Positions 39,971 through 50,071 are shown, counted from the first letter of the stretch. The stretch is DNA of 64,000 nt from an uncultured Acidimicrobiales bacterium (GCA_943788915.1 CALSSD010000010.1:1-64000); one strand, 5' to 3'. A program made the numbers and translations. Notes: generated from the letters alone by a model not told the origin.

Positions 39971-41566
39971 ATGACGTCATACGACTCAACCATCGAAGGT
40001 TACGCATCGCTGCGAGAGCAGGGCGGAAGCCCATGGGCCGCAATCAGCCCCGAGTCTGCGGCTCGCATGAAGCTGCAGAATCGCTTCCTGACCGGCCTCG
40101 ACATCGCCAAGTACACCGCGAAGATCATGCGCGATGACATGGCCAGTTATGACGAAGACGTAACCCGTTACACCCAGAGCCTGGGCTGCTGGCATGGCTT
40201 CATCGGCCAACAGAAGATGATCGCAGTCAAGAAGCACCACGGCACCACCGCTGGCCGTTACCTGTACCTGTCCGGCTGGATGGTCGCAGCAATGCGCTCC
40301 GACTTCGGTCCACTTCCTGATCAGTCCATGCACGAGAAGACCGTTGTGCCTGAGCTCATCGCTGAGCTCTATGACTTCCTCAAGCAGGCCGACGCCCGTG
40401 AGCTCAACCAGATCTACCGTGACCTCGACGAAGCCCGTGCCGCTGGCGACGCTGCGGCCGAGGCCGACGCGCTCAGCGCGATCGACAACTTCGAAACCCA
40501 TATCGTGCCGATCATCGCCGATATCGATGCGGGCTTCGGCAACGAAGAAGCCTGTTACTTGCTGGCCAAGAAGATGATCGAAGCTGGCGCATGTTGCATC
40601 CAGGTTGAAAACCAGGTGAGCGATGCCAAGCAGTGCGGTCATCAAGACGGCAAGGTCACGGTTCCGCACGAAGACTTCAATGCCAAGATCAACGCCATCC
40701 GCTACGCCTTTCTTGAGCTGGGTGTCGACGACGGTGTGATCGTTGCTCGTACCGACTCCCTCGGTGCCGGCCTCACCCAGAAGCTTCCTGTTTCGCAGGA
40801 GCCGGGTGACTCCGCCAGCCAATACCTGTCCTTCCTCGAGGTCGACGAAGTGACAAACATGGGCGACGTCCAAGACGGCGAAGTTCTGCTCAAACAGGAC
40901 GGCAAGCTCGTTCGCCCGGTGCGGTTGCCAAATGGTCTGTACAAGTTCCGCGACGGCACCGGCGAAGAACGCTGCGTGTTCGACGGCATCAACAGTCTGC
41001 AGAACGGCGCCGATCTGTTGTGGATCGAAACCGCCACACCAAACGTTGGTGCCATTGGCGACATGGTTCGCTCGATCCGCGAGGTCATGCCCAACGCCAA
41101 GTTGGTCTACAACAACTCGCCATCGTTTAACTGGACGCTCAACATGCGCCAGCAGGTCTTCGACGACTGGGCAGCCGAAGGCAAGGACATGTCGGCCTAC
41201 AGCCGCGACGATCTGATGAGTGTCACCTACGACGACACCCCGCTGGGTGGCGAGGCCGATACTCGTATCCAGAGTTTCCAGGCTGACAGCGCTCGCGAAG
41301 CCGGCATCTTCCATCACCTGATCACCTTGCCGACGTACCACACTGCGGCATTGTCGACCGACAATCTGGCTCGTGGTTACTTCGGCAAGGAGGGCATGCT
41401 TGCCTACGTCGAGGGTGTACAGCGCCAAGAGATCCGCCAAGGCATCCAGACGGTTAAGCACCAGGACATGGCTGGCTCAAACATTGGTGATGACCACAAG
41501 GAATACTTCGGCGGCGACAAGGCTCTCAAGGCCGGCGGCGCCCACAACACCATGAACCAGTTCTAG
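39971..41566 (+). CDS. aceA: Isocitrate lyase (Pseudomonas-like 531-aa subtype)
   Basis: KQCGHQDGKV catalytic loop, YLSGWMVAA, DIDAGFG and YNNSPSFNW. Confidence 0.95.
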   Translation: MTSYDSTIEGYASLREQGGSPWAAISPESAARMKLQNRFLTGLDIAKYTAKIMRDDMASYDEDVTRYTQSLGCWHGFIGQQKMIAVKKHHGTTAGRYLYLSGWMVAAMRSDFGPLPDQSMHEKTVVPELIAELYDFLKQADARELNQIYRDLDEARAAGDAAAEADALSAIDNFETHIVPIIADIDAGFGNEEACYLLAKKMIEAGACCIQVENQVSDAKQCGHQDGKVTVPHEDFNAKINAIRYAFLELGVDDGVIVARTDSLGAGLTQKLPVSQEPGDSASQYLSFLEVDEVTNMGDVQDGEVLLKQDGKLVRPVRLPNGLYKFRDGTGEERCVFDGINSLQNGADLLWIETATPNVGAIGDMVRSIREVMPNAKLVYNNSPSFNWTLNMRQQVFDDWAAEGKDMSAYSRDDLMSVTYDDTPLGGEADTRIQSFQADSAREAGIFHHLITLPTYHTAALSTDNLARGYFGKEGMLAYVEGVQRQEIRQGIQTVKHQDMAGSNIGDDHKEYFGGDKALKAGGAHNTMNQF

Positions 41567-41579
41567 GCAATCCCCATCT

Positions 41580-41627
41580 AACGCAAATTAGGAGCTTGGT
41601 GTACGTATTTCGTACACCAGGCTCCTA
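41580..41627. repeat. REP-like palindrome, copy B (left end of putative element)
   Basis: AACGCAAAT-TAGGAGCTTGGTGTACG-TATTT-CGTACACCAGGCTCCTA. Confidence 0.9.
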
Positions 41628-41630
41628 GTT

Positions 41631-42545
41631 TCATTTTGAGCCAGCTTCATTCTCATCGCGTTTGTACACGTCGTTCACGATGGAGGCTGGGGATTCCTTA
41701 TAGGTCTTCCAGGTGAACTGCAGGACTGTCCATCCTGAGATGGTTGCGCGGTTCTGGCGACGCCGGTCGGCCTCAAAGGAGTGTCCGTTCAAATGCCACT
41801 TCTTGCTATCGCATTCGATGGCCACCGTTTGCTCTGGAAAGGCAATGTCGGCCCGAGCAATAAGCCTGTCACCGTCGAAGATTTCGTATTCATAGACGAA
41901 GCCGCCGATGCCGGCGTCGTCCAACAGCTGGCCTACCAGGCGGTTGAACTTGCTGTCTGGTAGGACCTTCTCGCCATATCGTTCTTCAAGGAGCGCGTGT
42001 AGGCGCCCGCAACCGTCGCGGCCTTTGGCCGAGCTTCGTGCCCAGATTGCATACAGATCCGGCCAATCGAGTCGCCCGTCGCGAAGTACAGCGTCCACGG
42101 TCCACTCGAGCCTTTTTCGGCCTACGTTGGACGCCACGTCTAGCACTGTTCGGGCGAGCCCCGTCACCGGTACGCCATCTACCTCGCACGGGTCAGCAAG
42201 TGTCATCTGGGTCGATCGATGGATGGTGACGCCTGGGCGCGGTTTTGGCCTGCGGGTCTGATCGACCACGACCTCGATTCTCGTCTGATCCCAGCCATCG
42301 ATTCTGTGGACCGTGGCTGCGGTCCCGTGGCTGGCGAGCCCGTGGACGCTCAACGCAGCGCCTCGCACCGCACCCTTCCACGTGTCTGGACTGGCAACGA
42401 GGCGGAAGACTCCAGGGGCCAGGCGTGCCCAACGGCCGACGGACAACCGGTGGGCAATCTGGCGATCGCTCAGGCCATTGTCCTTTGCCTCGGCCCGACT
42501 GATGATTCCGTGATGACGTGCAAGGTGGCGTGAAACCGGATCCAC
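41631..42545 (-). CDS. AbiEi-type wHTH/antitoxin-like domain + DUF559 (Vsr-like) endonuclease
   Basis: HHGIISRAEA..GRWARLAPGVF, SHGTAA, VTGLARTVLD and RADIAFP..AIECDSKKWH..DRRRQN..GWTVLQFTW. Confidence 0.85.
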   Translation of the reverse strand: MDPVSRHLARHHGIISRAEAKDNGLSDRQIAHRLSVGRWARLAPGVFRLVASPDTWKGAVRGAALSVHGLASHGTAATVHRIDGWDQTRIEVVVDQTRRPKPRPGVTIHRSTQMTLADPCEVDGVPVTGLARTVLDVASNVGRKRLEWTVDAVLRDGRLDWPDLYAIWARSSAKGRDGCGRLHALLEERYGEKVLPDSKFNRLVGQLLDDAGIGGFVYEYEIFDGDRLIARADIAFPEQTVAIECDSKKWHLNGHSFEADRRRQNRATISGWTVLQFTWKTYKESPASIVNDVYKRDENEAGSK

Positions 42546-42628
42546 GTGGTTCCCCTGATTCTCAAGTGCGGGGAAGCACCTAGAACGCTACGCCATAGGC
42601 CTGGGCGGCGCCAGCGGTATGGCTTTTA

Positions 42629-42675
42629 AGGAGCGCTATGTACCTATTTGGTATCTGACGCTCCTAATTTGCGTT
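42629..42675. repeat. REP-like palindrome, diverged copy C (right end of putative element)
   Basis: AGGAGC-GCTAT-GTACC-TATTT-GGTA-TCTGA-CGCTCCT-AATTTGCGTT. It has the same 37-bp core spacing and loop as copies A and B. Confidence 0.8.
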
Positions 42676-43245
42676 GAAGCGGGGTTCGATGCCGGTGGGG
42701 AGGGGGACTTCGAAGGCATTGAGGAGGAAGCTGATCTGGCTGTAATAACCAATGGTGTGGGTCATGTCGACGACGGCGTCGACGCCGACAGCCTCGACCG
42801 CTGCATCGTAGATTTCTTGGCCGACGTGTCCCGTGGTGACGAGTGTGATCGTGTAGTCGTAGATGGCCTGCTCTGCGACATCAGTGAACACTGGGGCGGT
42901 GCCGGCAGCGAGAGCATCAACAATCGACTGGTCGATGCCGGCCTCGAGGGCCAGAGCACTGTGTGCCCAGAATTCGAATTCGGACTGCCAATGGGCGCCG
43001 ACAGTGGTGATCGCCAGCTCAAGTAGCCGGGTGCCGAGCGAACTACCGAAGCGGACCACACCGCCGACCTTGATGAGATGTTCGCCAAGATCGGGGCGGC
43101 GAACAAACGTCTCGAACGGGCCGGCGAGTCGCCCGTCGGCCGTTGTCAGATCAAGGGCGCCGCCGCGAGAGGCGACGATGTTGTCCCACAGGGCCCGCTG
43201 CTGCGGATCTGCGTCGTCATAGGTCAGAAGTGGAAGTCGGCTCAT
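42664..43245 (-). CDS. Carboxymuconolactone decarboxylase/AhpD-like protein
   Basis: LAGPF, ELAITTVGAHWQSEFEFWAH and IGYYS..LNAFEVPLP. Confidence 0.85.
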   Translation of the reverse strand: MSRLPLLTYDDADPQQRALWDNIVASRGGALDLTTADGRLAGPFETFVRRPDLGEHLIKVGGVVRFGSSLGTRLLELAITTVGAHWQSEFEFWAHSALALEAGIDQSIVDALAAGTAPVFTDVAEQAIYDYTITLVTTGHVGQEIYDAAVEAVGVDAVVDMTHTIGYYSQISFLLNAFEVPLPTGIEPRFNAN

Positions 43246-43314
43246 GGGAGAAACCGTAGTCACCTCGGGGTACAGGTAGTTCTTTGGCCTGACCAACCGG
43301 TTCTGCACGGCGAA

Positions 43315-44277
43315 TTAGCGGGCCGGTTTGATAGTCGGCCGTTGTTCGTGAGCTAGGGCGTAGAGGCCAGCCGCTCCAACGATTGCGGAACCCACGAACG
43401 TGAACCCGTCGGGAACATCGCCAAATACGATGATCTGGAGTGCAATCGCAAAGATGAGTACCGAATAACGGAATGGCGCAGTGAAGCTGATGTCACCGGT
43501 GCGCACCGCATTGACCGATGCCACGTAGCCGAGACTCAGGAAGCACGCGCCGCTGGCCAATAACAGCAGCGTGCTGGTGTTGGGTTGCTCCCATCCGGTG
43601 AACACCGTGATGGCTGCTCCCATGGTGGTGATCACGACTCCAGTGCCTAGTGCAACTGCGGTGCCTGGCAGTGCTGCGGAGATGTTGCGGGTTGCGAGTT
43701 CTCGGATCACGATGAGACCGACGGTGATCACCCCGCCGAGAAACCAGGGACTGAAGTCATCGCCGCCGGGTTTGATGATGAAGAGCACCCCGACCAAGCC
43801 CATCAACAACGCTACGACGCGGTGGGTACTGACCTTCTCGCGCAACAGTCGGGCGCCGGCAAACGTGACCGCTACTGGCAGCAGTTGCATCACGGCTGTC
43901 AACCCGGCGATGGGGACCTTCGTCAGCGTGATCAGGTAGGCAACGGTTCCAATGGCTTCCATCGCCATCCGCAACAGTAACGGCCGGTCGAGATACGAGC
44001 GCACGGGTACGGCGACGTTGCGGACGCGGACGATAAGGGTGAGCAGTGCAACCACGACGAGGCCGCGCAGAAACACGGCTTGGAACAACGGCAGGTCTTC
44101 TGCGGCGCGTTTGATGAACGCGTCATTGACGACATAACCAAACATGCCCGCAGTCATCCATGCTGCGCCGGTGAGATTCTCGCTGCGACTTGTCACCTCG
44201 GAGGCGGCTGCGCATGCATATAGGGGAGGCCTTGAGCCGTGGACATGGTGAGGCTCGGTTAGAGCTTTTTCTTCCAC
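43315..44277 (-). CDS. DMT/EamA family transporter (start uncertain)
   Basis: About 10 TM segments, LLREKV, IIKPG and APFRYS. Confidence 0.85.
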   Translation of the reverse strand: MEEKALTEPHHVHGSRPPLYACAAASEVTSRSENLTGAAWMTAGMFGYVVNDAFIKRAAEDLPLFQAVFLRGLVVVALLTLIVRVRNVAVPVRSYLDRPLLLRMAMEAIGTVAYLITLTKVPIAGLTAVMQLLPVAVTFAGARLLREKVSTHRVVALLMGLVGVLFIIKPGGDDFSPWFLGGVITVGLIVIRELATRNISAALPGTAVALGTGVVITTMGAAITVFTGWEQPNTSTLLLLASGACFLSLGYVASVNAVRTGDISFTAPFRYSVLIFAIALQIIVFGDVPDGFTFVGSAIVGAAGLYALAHEQRPTIKPAR

Positions 44278-44882
44278 TCGTCGAGCGATGCTGCTTCGAT
44301 ACCAATGCTGGTCGAGTCACCATGGCCGGTATGGACAACCGTGTTGGCTGGCAGCGTGAACAACTTGTGTTCGATTGATTCGAGGATGCCGGGATAACTC
44401 GAAAACGAGCGGCCGGTCGCTCCGGGGCCACCGTGGAAGAGGGTGTCGCCCGAAAAGAGAACACCTTCGCCCGGAAGATGCAGACAACAGCCGCCAGGGG
44501 AGTGGCCAGGCGTGTGGATCACCGAGATATCGATGCCGCCGACGCTGAAAGACTGCCCGTGGCTAAGCGGCGCATCGACTCGGCGGTCGGCGTAGACGGC
44601 TTCCCACAACATGGTGTCGTCGGGGTGCAGCCAGATTGGGGCGTCGAAGTGTTCGGCGACCTCGGCAGCTGCGTTGATGTGATCGTTGTGGGCGTGCGTG
44701 CACACGATGGCCTTGAGCGTGCGGTCACCAACGGCGCCAATGATGGCTTCGTGGTCGTGTGCACAATCAAGCACGACACACTCTCGATCGTCGCCGACGA
44801 TCCACACATTGTTGTCGACGTCGAAGTCTTCGCCATCAAGCGAAAAGATGCCCGAGGTGGTCAGATGGTCGATGGATCCCAT
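44259..44882 (-). CDS. MBL-fold metallo-hydrolase
   Basis: THAHNDHI, HTPGHSPG, FSGDTLF and TGHG. Confidence 0.92.
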   Translation of the reverse strand: MGSIDHLTTSGIFSLDGEDFDVDNNVWIVGDDRECVVLDCAHDHEAIIGAVGDRTLKAIVCTHAHNDHINAAAEVAEHFDAPIWLHPDDTMLWEAVYADRRVDAPLSHGQSFSVGGIDISVIHTPGHSPGGCCLHLPGEGVLFSGDTLFHGGPGATGRSFSSYPGILESIEHKLFTLPANTVVHTGHGDSTSIGIEAASLDEWKKKL

Positions 44883-44927
44883 GCATCGACTCTAGTGAGT
44901 TGACGCTGCGATTTGGCGGGCCTCGTG

Positions 44928-45647
44928 TTAGCGCAAGTTGCGGGCGAAGAGATCGTGCATGCGTTCCCAATGCCGTTCGGAGGCGGCACGGTCATACTGT
45001 GGGCGTTGGGCATAGGCGAAGCCGTGTTCGGTGCCCGGATACCACTCGACCTGGCCAGTAGCTGACGAGGCTTCGAGTGCTGCAGCGAATGCATCGATCA
45101 TTTCAGGTGGTGCATAACTATCGGTTTCTGCAGCACCGATGTACACCTCGCCGCCTACGGCATCGAGATGGCGGTGGGGCGAATCGTCGGCATCGGCGAC
45201 AAGACTCACTCCGTGGAACGAAGCTGCAGCGACGACGTTTGCGTGCGCTGCTGCGACCATCACGGCAAACGGGCCGCTCATGCAATACCCGACCACGCCG
45301 ATCTTGGACGTGTCTGCTGCGCCGTCGGCGGCTGCGTGGGCGATCATGGCACCGGTGTCGCGGTTCACCATGTCGTTGGAAAGGTTGCCCATGAGTTCGA
45401 ACATGCGGTCGCGGTCGCCGGTCTCGAAGACATTGAACTCGCGCACGTCGCGGTAATAGAGCTGGCTTGTCATCACGTAATAACCAGCGGTGCCGAGCCG
45501 ACTGGCCATGTCGCGAATCTCTTGTCGCATGCCGGGCGCGTCCATCAGAAACAATACGACCGGGTATGGCCCTGGGCCGTCGGGGCGCACGACCCACGTG
45601 GGCATGTCTCCGTCGGTCGTGGTGAGGTCAAAATGTTCTTCCTGCAT
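44928..45647 (-). CDS. Dienelactone hydrolase family protein
   Basis: GYCMSG nucleophile and YPGTEHGFA. Confidence 0.92.
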   Translation of the reverse strand: MQEEHFDLTTTDGDMPTWVVRPDGPGPYPVVLFLMDAPGMRQEIRDMASRLGTAGYYVMTSQLYYRDVREFNVFETGDRDRMFELMGNLSNDMVNRDTGAMIAHAAADGAADTSKIGVVGYCMSGPFAVMVAAAHANVVAAASFHGVSLVADADDSPHRHLDAVGGEVYIGAAETDSYAPPEMIDAFAAALEASSATGQVEWYPGTEHGFAYAQRPQYDRAASERHWERMHDLFARNLR

Positions 45648-45753
45648 GAACTGACCGTACTTGAGAAGTGAGTGATGGACGAAACACGCGTAGCGCGCTT
45701 AATCTGCAACTACGGGGAGTGCAACTAACTCCCCAAACGAAAGAGAAAAAGTC

Positions 45754-45957
45754 ATGGCTGTAACCGGCACCGTAAAGTTCTTCAATACCGAGAAGGGTTA
45801 TGGTTTCATCTCACGAGAAGACGGTGACGACGTTTTCGTTCACTTCTCGAACATCGAGGGCGACGGGTTTAAGAACCTTGAAGAGGGCCAGACCGTTGAA
45901 TTCGAAGTTGGCGAAGGTCGCAAGGGCGAAGAAGCCCAAAACGTTCGCGCTGTCTGA
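45754..45957 (+). CDS. Cold-shock protein
   Basis: [15 protein letters not shown] and DVFVHFS, with a purine-rich RBS. Confidence 0.97.
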   Translation: MAVTGTVKFFNTEKGYGFISREDGDDVFVHFSNIEGDGFKNLEEGQTVEFEVGEGRKGEEAQNVRAV

Positions 45958-45972
45958 TCAGCGCTGTCTGAT
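45947..45972. repeat. 12-bp direct repeat (14-bp period) spanning the csp stop codon
   Basis: GCGCTGTCTGAT-CA-GCGCTGTCTGAT. Confidence 0.8.
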
Positions 45973-46090
45973 GAACTCAGTCCATAACTGAGACAGGCGC
46001 GTGGGGTTCCCGGCGCTTTTCTCCGTTGTGGCGTTCGGTGGCCTGTCCCGATTTCGTTGGCGGCGCATGCTGGACAAGGATGAGAGCGCC

Positions 46091-46750
46091 ATGGCAGATG
46101 ACTATCGAGATGACGTCGGACATACAGCTGAGGACTTCGCTCGGATCTCGCTCGCAGCGCAGATGCGACGAGGCATGCATCTGTTGGTTGGCCGGGAACC
46201 AAGTGTCGATGACATGACGGCGCTGGCCAGCGCACTCGAAGGCCACTTCGATGATCTCGAAGCCACGGCACCGAGGATTCGCGGCACGAGCGCATGGCAG
46301 GGCCCGGAAGCGATTTCGCCGCCATCCGATGGCGAGGCCTTTGCCGACTCGTTAGACCGCCCGGTAAGCGGTTCGGGCAACCCGTTCAGCATCCCCATGG
46401 AGATGTATCGCGACGGCGACGCGGTTGTCAGCACCGTCACACTTGATGCGGGATTTGAAGGAGCGCCTGGCCGCTCTCATGGCGGGTTCGTCTCGGCCAT
46501 CTTCGATGACTTGCTCGGCTCGCTGCCGATGCTGCAAAACAAGATTGCATTCACGGGCTCTCTGACAATCAACTACGTGGCCCCGTCGCCGGTGTTCGAA
46601 CCCGTCACCTATCGGGGGTGGGTCGATCGGGTCGAGAGGAAGAAGATCTTCGTGGTCGGCGAAGCCCACCACGGAGACACGCTCGTTACATCGGCCACAG
46701 GGATCTTTATCGACGCGACGGAAATGATGGCCGCCCTCTACGGTGCCTGA
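46091..46750 (+). CDS. PaaI family thioesterase
   Basis: PVSGSGNP and FEGAPGRSHGGFVSAIFDDLLG. Confidence 0.88.
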   Translation: MADDYRDDVGHTAEDFARISLAAQMRRGMHLLVGREPSVDDMTALASALEGHFDDLEATAPRIRGTSAWQGPEAISPPSDGEAFADSLDRPVSGSGNPFSIPMEMYRDGDAVVSTVTLDAGFEGAPGRSHGGFVSAIFDDLLGSLPMLQNKIAFTGSLTINYVAPSPVFEPVTYRGWVDRVERKKIFVVGEAHHGDTLVTSATGIFIDATEMMAALYGA

Positions 46751-48067
46751 GTGAGTGACACCAGCCTGGAACCCGGCGATCAGAAGACAGCACGCAGCGA
46801 TCGCAGTGTCATCTTGTATCTCTCGTTCCTCGGTGTGCTACTCGCCACAGGGATAGACATAGCGCTTCCGGCCTTCGACGCAATCGAGGAGGGTCTCGAC
46901 GGCTCGGCAAATATCTCCCTTGTGGTCACGTTGTATGTGATTGGTATGGCACTCGGCCAACTCGTCGTGGGGCCAGTTGCCGATCGTTTGGGTCGCCGGC
47001 CAGCGGTGCTTGGTGGCCTGGCGTTGTATGCGGTTGGTGCGATTGCCTCGGCATTGGCGCCGTCATTCAACCTGCTTCTTGTCGCCCGATTGGTCTGGGG
47101 TCTGGGTGCTGCCGCCCCTGCGGGGCTGCGCTCCGCCGTGACTCGAGATCTCTACAGCGGCGACAAGATGGCTCGTATTACGACCATCATGATGGCGGTC
47201 TTTCTGCTTGGCCCGATCTTTGTGCCGCTTCTCGGTGACCTGATGATCCGTGTCGCTCCATGGCCGGTGATCTTCTGGTTTGCAGCTGGTCTCGCGGTGA
47301 TTGGTGCGGTGTGGTGCGTGCGTTTCGGCGAAACCTTGGCCCCCGAGAATCAGCGGCCGCTGCAGTTGGGCAAGATATGGCAAGGCGTCAAGGTCGTTGT
47401 CAGGACCCGGGTCACGGCTGGGCACATGCTTGCGAACATCTTCCTGACGGGTGCGTTTTTCATCTTCCTGGGCAGTTCCCAACCGGTCTTTGACCAGGTC
47501 TACGATCGGTCTTCGCAATTTGCCGTGTTCTTTGCCCTGACAGGTGCCTTGACCGTTGGGCCGCTCATAGTGAACAACCGATTGATCGGTCGTTATGGGG
47601 CTCGACGTATGTCGATGCTGGCGTGCGCTGGATCGGCAGCGCTGGCCGCCGGAGCCGTCATTCCAACCTTGTTGCTCGATGGCCGACCAAGCTTTTGGCT
47701 CTGGTATTCATGGCTTGTCCTGGTGACCAGTCTTCTAACGCTGGCGACGCCGTCGATCACGGCACTGGCGCTTGAACCAATGGGTGAGCTCGCTGGTACG
47801 GCGTCGTCACTGCTGTTCTTCAGCGGCTTTGCGTTCGGTGCGGTGTTGGCGGCGCTCTTTGACCGCCTGGTCGATGACACCGTGATGCCGTTCGTCCTGG
47901 GGTTCGCTCTGTACTCGGCGATCGGGTTGTGCTGTTTGTGGTGGGCAGGAGCGGCTCCGGCGAACCAGTTGGCGCAGCTCAGGACTGAATGCGGGCCACG
48001 CCCGCTTTCATCCACTTCGCAGCGACAACTAGGGTTCTGGGTAGAGGAGCGCAGCTATGACCCATGA
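46751..48067 (+). CDS. Bcr/CflA-type MFS efflux transporter
   Basis: GIDIALPAF, GQLVVGPVADRLGRRP, RDLYSG and ETL. Confidence 0.88.
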   Translation: MSDTSLEPGDQKTARSDRSVILYLSFLGVLLATGIDIALPAFDAIEEGLDGSANISLVVTLYVIGMALGQLVVGPVADRLGRRPAVLGGLALYAVGAIASALAPSFNLLLVARLVWGLGAAAPAGLRSAVTRDLYSGDKMARITTIMMAVFLLGPIFVPLLGDLMIRVAPWPVIFWFAAGLAVIGAVWCVRFGETLAPENQRPLQLGKIWQGVKVVVRTRVTAGHMLANIFLTGAFFIFLGSSQPVFDQVYDRSSQFAVFFALTGALTVGPLIVNNRLIGRYGARRMSMLACAGSAALAAGAVIPTLLLDGRPSFWLWYSWLVLVTSLLTLATPSITALALEPMGELAGTASSLLFFSGFAFGAVLAALFDRLVDDTVMPFVLGFALYSAIGLCCLWWAGAAPANQLAQLRTECGPRPLSSTSQRQLGFWVEERSYDP

Positions 48068-49795
48068 TTTGGTGATTCGAAACGGCATGGTCGTCGACGG
48101 GACCGGAGGCGCAAGATTCGCAGCCGACGTGGCCGTCGATGGGCAAAAGATCAGTCAGGTGGGAGTGGTCGAAGGCGCGGGTCATCGAGAGATCGATGCC
48201 GAAGGCCAGATCGTGAGCCCAGGGTGGGTCGATATCCATACCCATTACGACGGCCAGGCCACCTGGGACCGCGACCTCGCTCCCTCGTCTACCCACGGCG
48301 TGACGTCGATCGTTATGGGCAACTGTGGCGTGGGGTTCGCACCAGCCCAGCCCGACAAACATGCGTGGCTCATCTCGCTACTCGAAGGCGTCGAGGACAT
48401 CCCCGGTACAGCGCTGACCGAAGGCATGAGCTGGGGTTGGGAATCCTTCCCTCAATATCTCGACAAGCTCGATGAGATGTCGTGGACCCTCGATGTCGGC
48501 ACTCAGATTCCTCACGCAGCCCTGCGGACCTATGTGATGGGAGCCGATGGCGCGGACAACACGGTCGCTGCCTCCCATGAGCCAGATCGAAGCCATGTCG
48601 CAGTTGTGCGAACAGGCCATCCACGCGGGTGCGCTCGGCTTCACCACGTCGCGTACCTGGGTGCATCGCACCAGCGAGGGTGCGCAGATCGGCACCCTCA
48701 AGGCAGGCGCCGACGAGGTGCTCGGTATCGCTGCCGCGTTGCAGCGTGCAGGAACAGGGGTCATCCAGCTCATCAGCGATGCCTATCAAACGACCGACGA
48801 CGATCTGGTCGCTAGCGAACTGGCCTTGCTCGAGGCAATTGCGTTGCACGTACACCGTCCGCTGAGCTTCACCGTGCAGCAGAGCGACGAGTCGCCGGGA
48901 CGATGGCGCGAGCTGCTTGAAGCAATCGCTCGGTGGCGTGCCGCTGGTGCCGACGTATCAGCGCAGACTGCGGTGCGACCGATCGGCGTTGTGGCAGGGC
49001 TGACGTCTACGGTGAACCCGCTGCGTTGTAGCCGCACGTACAAGGCGCTGGCCGCGTTGCCGCTGGCCGAGCGTATTGTCCGGATGCAGGACCCCGCCGT
49101 GCGGGAAACGATTCTGAACGAACACGGGTCGTTTGTCCCGAGTTCGTTCAGTGCCACAACCCATTCGGGTTACGACCGCATGTATCCCATGGCTCCAGTT
49201 CCCGAACTACGAGCCAAGGTCAGAGGACTCACTGGCAGGTATCGCTGCCCGAGCGAACCTTCCGGCAAACGAGGTCATGTATGACTTCTTTACCGACAAC
49301 GGTGGTGCCAACCTGGTGTATCTGCCGTTCATGAACTATTCAGGCGGCAGCCTCGACGATGTTGCCGAGATGATTGCTTCACCACTGACGCTGTCCGGTC
49401 TCAGCGATGCCGGGGCACACTGCAACACCCTCTCCGACGGCACCATGCCGACCACAGCGATCAGCCACTGGACGCGGGATCGCACCCACGGCGCCACGTT
49501 TGCACTTGAACACATGGTGCACCGTCAGACCCAGGCCACGGCTGCTCATGTGGGTCTGAATGACCGAGGTGTGGTTGCACCGGGTTATCTGGCCGACCTG
49601 AACATCTTCGATCACGACACCATCAATGCCTACGCACCTGAACTCGTGCAGGACCTACCTGCCGGCGGCACTCGTTTGTTGCAGCGGTCCACCGGGTATC
49701 GGGCCACGATCAAGCGGGGCACTGCCACGGTCGAAGACGGCGAGCTCACTGGCGAGTACCCCGGCTCCTTGTTGCGCGGTCCACAGCCGCTCTAG
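48057..49795 (+). CDS. N-acyl-D-amino acid deacylase family amidohydrolase, two frameshifts (about 48575 and 49200)
   Basis: [24 protein letters not shown] and DLPAGG are spread over ORFs 48057..48815, 48547..49284 and 49133..49795. Confidence 0.85.
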
Positions 49796-50071
49796 ATCCC
49801 TGGACTCGGTCGTCGTTGCTTTGTAGTCAGAGAAGATGGTCGGTCAGGCCGGTCTACGGGGCCATCTCGCCGCTTGTACGGGGCAGAGCGTTCAGGTAGG
49901 CGTCCTGCCGGAGGCCACACGCGCGCACGTCAGCCCATCGAAGCCGGTCATGGTTGCGGACAACGACTGCGCTCCATGACTGGCACCGCTATCGACTGAA
50001 CGAACACCGGCAGCTTGCGAGGTTAACGACGACGTGGCGGGTCATCGTGGACGGCTCGTGCCACCGCGCTC

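Larger units (their letters stand above)
41580..42675. mobile_element. Putative repeat-bounded element carrying an AbiEi/DUF559 nuclease gene
   Basis: Perfect 16-bp inverted termini AACGCAAATTAGGAGC (41580-41595) and GCTCCTAATTTGCGTT (42660-42675) enclose a single gene. No target-site duplication was seen. Confidence 0.5.

Noticed and set aside
39986..41461. 491-aa minus-strand ORF
   Set aside because: In-register antisense shadow of aceA, typical of high-GC coding DNA. The same applies to 34419..35501, 29745..30752 and 4300..5307.
41631..42545. Type IV AbiE toxin-antitoxin system
   Set aside because: No AbiEii nucleotidyltransferase gene is adjacent, and the protein carries an extra DUF559 nuclease domain.
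41580..42675. Classical IS element
   Set aside because: No DDE, HUH or serine/tyrosine recombinase motifs, and no target-site duplication (flanks ..CATCT and GAAGC..).
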